Below, piece after piece: positions 59,349 through 64,000 of a stretch of 64,000 nt of DNA (the stretch's first letter is position 1; every line of letters starts with the position of its first letter). The notes beneath the pieces are model-generated. The model was not told where the DNA came from and did no database searches. It saw only the letters and a list, made by a program, of their open reading frames with translations. The stretch lies in the NCBI GenBank assembly GCA_965199865.1, contig CBDATU010000007.1, positions 211,548-275,547 on the forward strand, in the 5' to 3' direction. The DNA comes from an uncultured Rhodobacter sp. GTDB taxonomy: Bacteria > Pseudomonadota > Alphaproteobacteria > Rhodobacterales > Rhodobacteraceae. Position numbers and translations under genes: made by a program.

Positions 59349-62096
59349 ATCCCCGGTTTAGCGGGGCATTTCCTCTCACCTGGCGGCCATAGGGAGGTTG
59401 TGGGTGGGGGCGGTCCGGATACGTCTCAATCCCCTGTTTAGTGGGGTATTTCCTCTCACTTCACCTTGAAATGAAAGTCGATCATGAGGCGTTCAATGAA
59501 TGGTCTCAATCCCCTGTTTAGCGGGGCATTTTCTCTCACCCTGCTAACAGTAAAGTCGGTTGATGATCACATATTCCCGTCTCGATCCCCTGATTAACGG
59601 GGCATTTCCTCTCACGATCCGTTGCTGCGTGAGACGAAGAAAATCGCAACGCAGCTGGTGTCTCAATCCCCTGTTTAGCGGGGCATTTCCTCTCACGTTG
59701 AGCAGGCGGCCTGTTTCATCGCTGGCCTCGCTGGCGTCCCAATCCCCTGTTTAGCGGGGCATTTCCTCTCACGTTACGTGCCTCGCGAGGACGCTCCCTT
59801 CATCGCCGCATCCAAGTCTCAATCCCCTGTTTAGCGGGGCATTTCCTCTCACGAAGATGCCGCGCACGAGCGCGCTGAACGCCAACGGAGGTAATAGGTA
59901 GTATAATTGCACGGTGCAATTATACTACCACCGCCCTCGACACAAGGAACAGGTCTCAATCCCCTGTTTAGCGGGGCATTTCCTCTCACCAAGGAGATCA
60001 CAAGCGCGGGACGTGCGCTCGTCGCGTGGTCTCAATCCCCTGTTTAGCGGGGCATTTCCTCTCACCCAAAAGAAAACAGCGTTCTAATCGCCCTCTGTGG
60101 AGCCGTGTCTCAATCCCCTGTTTAGCGGGGCATTTCCTCTCACTAAATGCAATGAAGCACTTCATAAGGCCAGAAAAACGGGAAAGTCTCAATCCCCGGT
60201 TTAGCGGGGCATTTCCTCTCACCTGTTGAGGGGGGCTTGCTCAAGGACGCGGAGTCGTATGTCTCAATCCCCTGTTTAGCGGGGCATTTCCTCTCACGGA
60301 ACCGTTCGCAAGGTAGCTTCTTTCCGGCATCTTGGGTCTCAATCCCCTGTTTAGCGGGGCATTTCCTCTCACCTTACAGATATTCATGGCCAAGAGGAGA
60401 ATCCGTTTTGAAGTGTCTCAATCCCCTGTTTAGCGGGGCATTTCCTCTCACGCGACGAAGCATAAGGCCCACAAGGAAATGGCGGGCAAATGTCTCAATC
60501 CCCTGTTTAGCGGGGCATTTCCTCTCACCTAGCGAAGAGGCGAGATTCGCGAATCATAAGCCTGATGTCTCAATCCCCTGTTTAGCGGGGCATTTCCTCT
60601 CACTCCCCCCTGGAACAAGGCCTAGATCAAGCATTGGTTTCTGGGTCTCAATCCCCTGTTTAGCGGGGCATTTCCTCTCACTTGAGCGCAGTGAGAATCT
60701 AGATGCTGTCATCTATGGGTCTCAATCCCCTGTTTAGCGGGGCATTTCCTCTCACACCCGCCGGAAATTGGCCGCACTGTGGCAGAACCTGCATGGGTCT
60801 CAATCCCCTGTTTAGCGGGGCATTTCCTCTCACGATGAAGGCCGCCCTCGACCGGAACAAGGAGCTGCGGTCTCAATCCCCTGTTTAGCGGGGCATTTCC
60901 TCTCACGGCCGCTGGGAGTTTGACGACGGATCGGCGATTGTGGTTGAGTCTCAATCCCCTGTTTAGCGGGGCATTTCCTCTCACGGCCGCTGGGAGTTTG
61001 ACGACGGATCGGCGATTGTGGTTGAGTCTCAATCCCCTGTTTAGCGGGGCATTTCCTCTCACGTTATTGTATTCGCGGTGCGTTTGCGACGGCCTGTTCG
61101 CTGAGTCTCAATCCCCTGTTTAGCGGGGCATTTCCTCTCACTCGCTGGAATCCGCGGATGACCCAAACGCCCGATGTTGTCTGCCTCAATCCCCTGTTTA
61201 GCGGGGCATTTCCTCTCACCTTGCAGAGAAGCGGAATGCCCGAATTGACGGATTTAGCTACGTCTCAATCCCCTGTTTAGCGGGGCATTTCCTCTCACCT
61301 AGAAAGAATCTTAAGCTTTCTTCTGAATACGCTGATGAGTCTCAATCCCCTGTTTAGCGGGGCATTTCCTCTCACCGCTGGCGCATGGTAGCCCCAAGCG
61401 CCCTGAAGGATTTGTGTCTCAATCCCCTGTTTAGCGGGGCATTTCCTCTCACCCATTATCACATCAACGGAAGGAACTCGATATGTCACGCGGTCTCAAT
61501 CCCCTGTTTAGCGGGGCATTTCCTCTCACCTGAGTAGGTGAAGTCGCCCTGGGTGAAGGTACGCGGGTTGGGTCTCAATCCCCTGTTTAGCGGGGCATTT
61601 CCTCTCACATTGGTTATCGAAATTCAAACGGAGACAGACGGAATGACCAAGTCTCAATCCCCTGTTTAGCGGGGCATTTCCTCTCACGAATTCCCTGGTC
61701 AACCGCACATTCAGCGATCCGTGCATCCGCTGTCTCAATCCCCTGTTTAGCGGGGCATTTCCTCTCACTGAGGGTAAACGCACCATCATTCGCGAGAGCC
61801 TCCTGACAGGGTCTCAATCCCCTGTTTAGCGGGGCATTTCCTCTCACGAATAGCACCGCCCGATGGGAGACCTATCGCTATGTTCCGTCTCAATCCCCTG
61901 TTTAGCGGGGCATTTCCTCTCACGCAGTGGCGTCGTTTTTACGGGGCTACGAGTGCGAGCCCGGCGAGCGGGTTGATTCGTCTCAATCCCCTGTTTAGCG
62001 GGGCATTTCCTCTCACATCACACGCGCCGAGAGCTTCATGAGCCCTGAATGGCGTCTCAGTCTCAATCCCCTGTTTAGCGGGGCATTTCCTCTCAC
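59343..62096 (-). CRISPR. CRISPR array: 35 copies of a 37-bp repeat and 34 spacers, with the leader at the 62.1-kb end
   Basis: Plus-strand consensus is GTCTCAATCCCCTGTTTAGCGGGGCATTTCCTCTCAC. On the minus strand it ends ATTGAGAC, resembling the ATTGAAAC/G crRNA-handle end. Spacers are mostly 36-44 bp, with outliers of 56 and 100 bp. Repeats degenerate toward 59.3 kb (R1, R2, R3, R4, R6), marking the trailer. Confidence 0.97.
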
Positions 62097-62306
62097 GGTT
62101 CCACGAATTTACTACATATTTTCAGTGAGTTAGAGGTTGACTTTTCGTAGCCGCACTCTGTACGAAACGAATGGCTTACCTGCAGCCATTCAATCCAAAG
62201 AGTCCGCGCGGCTAATCCCCATAAATTCAAGCAGTTAGCGCTAATTCGTAATCTGCCTTGATTTCGCATTACAAAACAGTTACGAATCCCCGAAATCATG
62301 TGAGCG
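62097..62306 (-). promoter_or_regulatory. probable CRISPR leader
   Basis: A 210-bp AT-richer non-coding stretch between cas2 and the first perfect repeat. The ORF predicted here (62093-62410) overlaps cas2 and is discounted. Confidence 0.5.
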
Positions 62307-62591
62307 TCAAACAATAAACACCACTTCCTCACCTGTTCGCGGTTCATCCGCCGATACTCCGAGATATTGGGCATTACGATCGCAGGACGAACAAAGCGAA
62401 TATACCACAAGACTGTCCTCCTTCGGATTAATGATCATTTTGAGCCGCTCAAGACAGGCCTGGAACCGCAACCTCGGTGCCGCGATCTCGAATACACTTT
62501 CCTGCATCCGATCACCATAGGAGTCAAGCGTATCAGCAACCCGCTTCCGCCTTGAATTGTTAGCTATGTCGTAACAGACCACGTATCGCAT
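62307..62591 (-). CDS. cas2: CRISPR-associated endoribonuclease Cas2
   Basis: 94 aa. MRYVVCYDIANNSRRKRVADTLDSYGDRMQESVFE is the canonical Cas2 N-terminus. It lies 13 bp downstream of cas1. Confidence 0.9.
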   Translation of the reverse strand: MRYVVCYDIANNSRRKRVADTLDSYGDRMQESVFEIAAPRLRFQACLERLKMIINPKEDSLVVYSLCSSCDRNAQYLGVSADEPRTGEEVVFIV

Positions 62592-62604
62592 CGCATTGCC
62601 GGAC

Positions 62605-63633
62605 CTAAGATATCTTCAGAGGCTGATAGCATTCCGCCCCGCGAACATGCGCTGCAAGTCGATTGACCTGATCCTGTATTGTACGCAGGATTGAATGCCT
62701 CCGTCCTGTTCCCGCCATAGGAGCGTCGAGATATGCCTCCCATTCGCGAAAAAAGCATCGAAGCCCATCCTTTGTGAGCCTCATCCCCTTCTCACCCCTG
62801 TTAGTAAAGTCGTTCGGAGTGAATTGCCGTCGATTGCAGACCCGCAAGACAAACCGGTCGACCACAGGGTGGCGAAACTCCTCCATTAGATCCAACGCCA
62901 TGCTTGGGCGTCCAGACCTGACTGTATGCATCATGCCCAGATATGGATCAAACCCTCGAGCCTCAAGCATGGACGCCATCAGGTTGGCAAGAAGAACATA
63001 CCCGAAGGACAGCAGCGCATTGGCAGGATCAGGCGCTGGACGTCTCTTTCTTCCGGAGAAACCGATTGGTCCCGAAAATCCTAGACCCAGAGCGCTGAAA
63101 TACCTCCTTGCAGCATCGCCCTCAATGCCCATCAATGTGCTCCGGTCGCTCGCGGTAACCACTCGTTGCTCCAGGGATCGGAGGTCGGATATCACCGCAC
63201 CCAATTCCCGTTTTCCCGAGCGGTTGGAGCGGATTGCCGAGATCATCGCCGCAGCGTTCGCGATCTTGGCTTCGATGAACTGGCGTCCAAGCACCAAGGC
63301 CGCATCAGCGTCATCAAACAGACGATACTGTCGCAGACGAAGGTCCGCGGTTCTTGATAGCTCGGGAATAAGCCGCCCCAAGAGCTTTCCGTTCCGTGTC
63401 ATCCAGAACACCGGGATGCCCTGGTCCAGGCATAACCGGTTCGCCTTTGCGGTTATGTGGACACGTCCGATCAGTCCAATCGTTTCGACATGATGAGGTT
63501 CAACTTCAAGCAGTTGCCTGCGGATTTCTCGAACGCCACCAGGCGATTCCTCTTTCTCATTACGCGTCACGATCAGGGAGCCGGTTCGGCATCTTACAAC
63601 CGCACCAGGTTCGGTTACATAGAGTACGGGCAT
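62605..63633 (-). CDS. cas1: CRISPR-associated endonuclease Cas1
   Basis: 342 aa. Catalytic contexts GIEGDAARRYF, LGMMHTVRSGRPSMALDLMEEFR. Confidence 0.95.
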   Translation of the reverse strand: MPVLYVTEPGAVVRCRTGSLIVTRNEKEESPGGVREIRRQLLEVEPHHVETIGLIGRVHITAKANRLCLDQGIPVFWMTRNGKLLGRLIPELSRTADLRLRQYRLFDDADAALVLGRQFIEAKIANAAAMISAIRSNRSGKRELGAVISDLRSLEQRVVTASDRSTLMGIEGDAARRYFSALGLGFSGPIGFSGRKRRPAPDPANALLSFGYVLLANLMASMLEARGFDPYLGMMHTVRSGRPSMALDLMEEFRHPVVDRFVLRVCNRRQFTPNDFTNRGEKGMRLTKDGLRCFFREWEAYLDAPMAGTGRRHSILRTIQDQVNRLAAHVRGAECYQPLKIS

Positions 63634-63742
63634 GGGAGCATCTCACAGATTCTTCGTTCGCTGGTGTTTACCCGAGGAGTTCTTTCCCGTATATCCGCCA
63701 GGCATGCGCATTTGAGGTTTTCGCTGTGTGGTCAATCTTGAC

Positions 63743-64000
63743 ATGAATAAGATGCCAGAAACAGTCTCCTTCGCAAAGCACTGGGAAGACAAGCACCAAA
63801 GATCACCACCGACCTTGCTGGCTTGGTGCAGCTATACCCTTGATTTCGCTGCTGGACGTGATGGTGTACTACCTACCTTCCCAGGCTCTGCCATACGCGG
63901 TGCGTTTGGGCATGCCTTGAAGCGACTTGTCTGCGTCATGCGTAATCGTCCCTGCGAAGGATGCCCCCTTGAATTTACCTGTCTGTATACGACGATCTTC
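63743..64000 (+). CDS. partial RAMP-type protein, probably Cas6-like (N-terminus only; continues beyond the window)
   Basis: Open to the window end: MNKMPETVSFAKHWED...LDFAAGRDGVLPTFPGSAIRGAFGHALKRLVCVMRNRPCEGCPLEFTCLYTTIF. The G-rich GSxxRGAFGHAL motif followed by a Cys cluster resembles one Cas6 subfamily. Divergent from cas1. Confidence 0.45.
   Translation, partial: MNKMPETVSFAKHWEDKHQRSPPTLLAWCSYTLDFAAGRDGVLPTFPGSAIRGAFGHALKRLVCVMRNRPCEGCPLEFTCLYTTIF

Noticed and set aside
59998-61856. Numerous 60-170-aa ORFs on both strands, for example 60237-60737, 60709-61062 and 61526-61789.
   Set aside because: They are translations of the CRISPR repeat (recurring SIPCLAGHFLS / RGNAPLNRGLR peptides), not genes.
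62093-62410. 105-aa ORF spanning the CRISPR leader and the 3' end of cas2.
   Set aside because: It overlaps cas2 in another frame and runs through the AT-rich leader. No motif or ribosome-binding site supports it.

Overview
High-GC sequence, probably an alphaproteobacterial plasmid or genomic island, and heavily reworked by insertion sequences. I recognise six IS families: IS256, IS5, IS4/IS50-like, IS1380, ISAs1 and IS1595.

Core genes:
- 0-2.4 kb: a sulfatase 3' end and two SDR oxidoreductases.
- 12.4-31.8 kb: a periplasmic Cys-type formate-dehydrogenase-like molybdo/tungstoenzyme cluster. It holds alpha/beta/gamma subunits, a small TAT protein, a TorD-like chaperone, DUF3305/DUF3306-like proteins, a poly-ferredoxin, ApbC, a BPL/LplA-like protein and a tungstate-type ABC transporter. 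Three secreted proteins precede it: an S8 peptidase, a tandem trypsin-like protease and a WD40-cytochrome c.
- 45-50.3 kb: a polyamine-type ABC transporter plus an FAD oxidase.
- 57.8-58.9 kb: an enolase-superfamily enzyme.

The 12-32 kb module is bracketed by two inverted copies of a nested IS structure. In both copies a 2331-bp IS50-like element sits in the same 9-bp site of a diverged host IS.

Accessory islands carry three toxin-antitoxin loci, each with a disrupted toxin gene (RelE/ParE-like, HicA, BrnT), and two orphan P-loop ATPases. A 2-kb segment is duplicated, and each copy has lost a different gene.

The right end holds a 35-repeat CRISPR array (37-bp repeat) with cas2, cas1 and a divergent partial Cas6-like gene. 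The array contains a 100-bp pseudo-spacer with a perfect 16-bp-arm palindrome, a duplicated spacer, and an IS256 remnant embedded in its trailer.

I recognised no rRNA or tRNA genes. All family calls rest on motifs read by eye; no searches were run.
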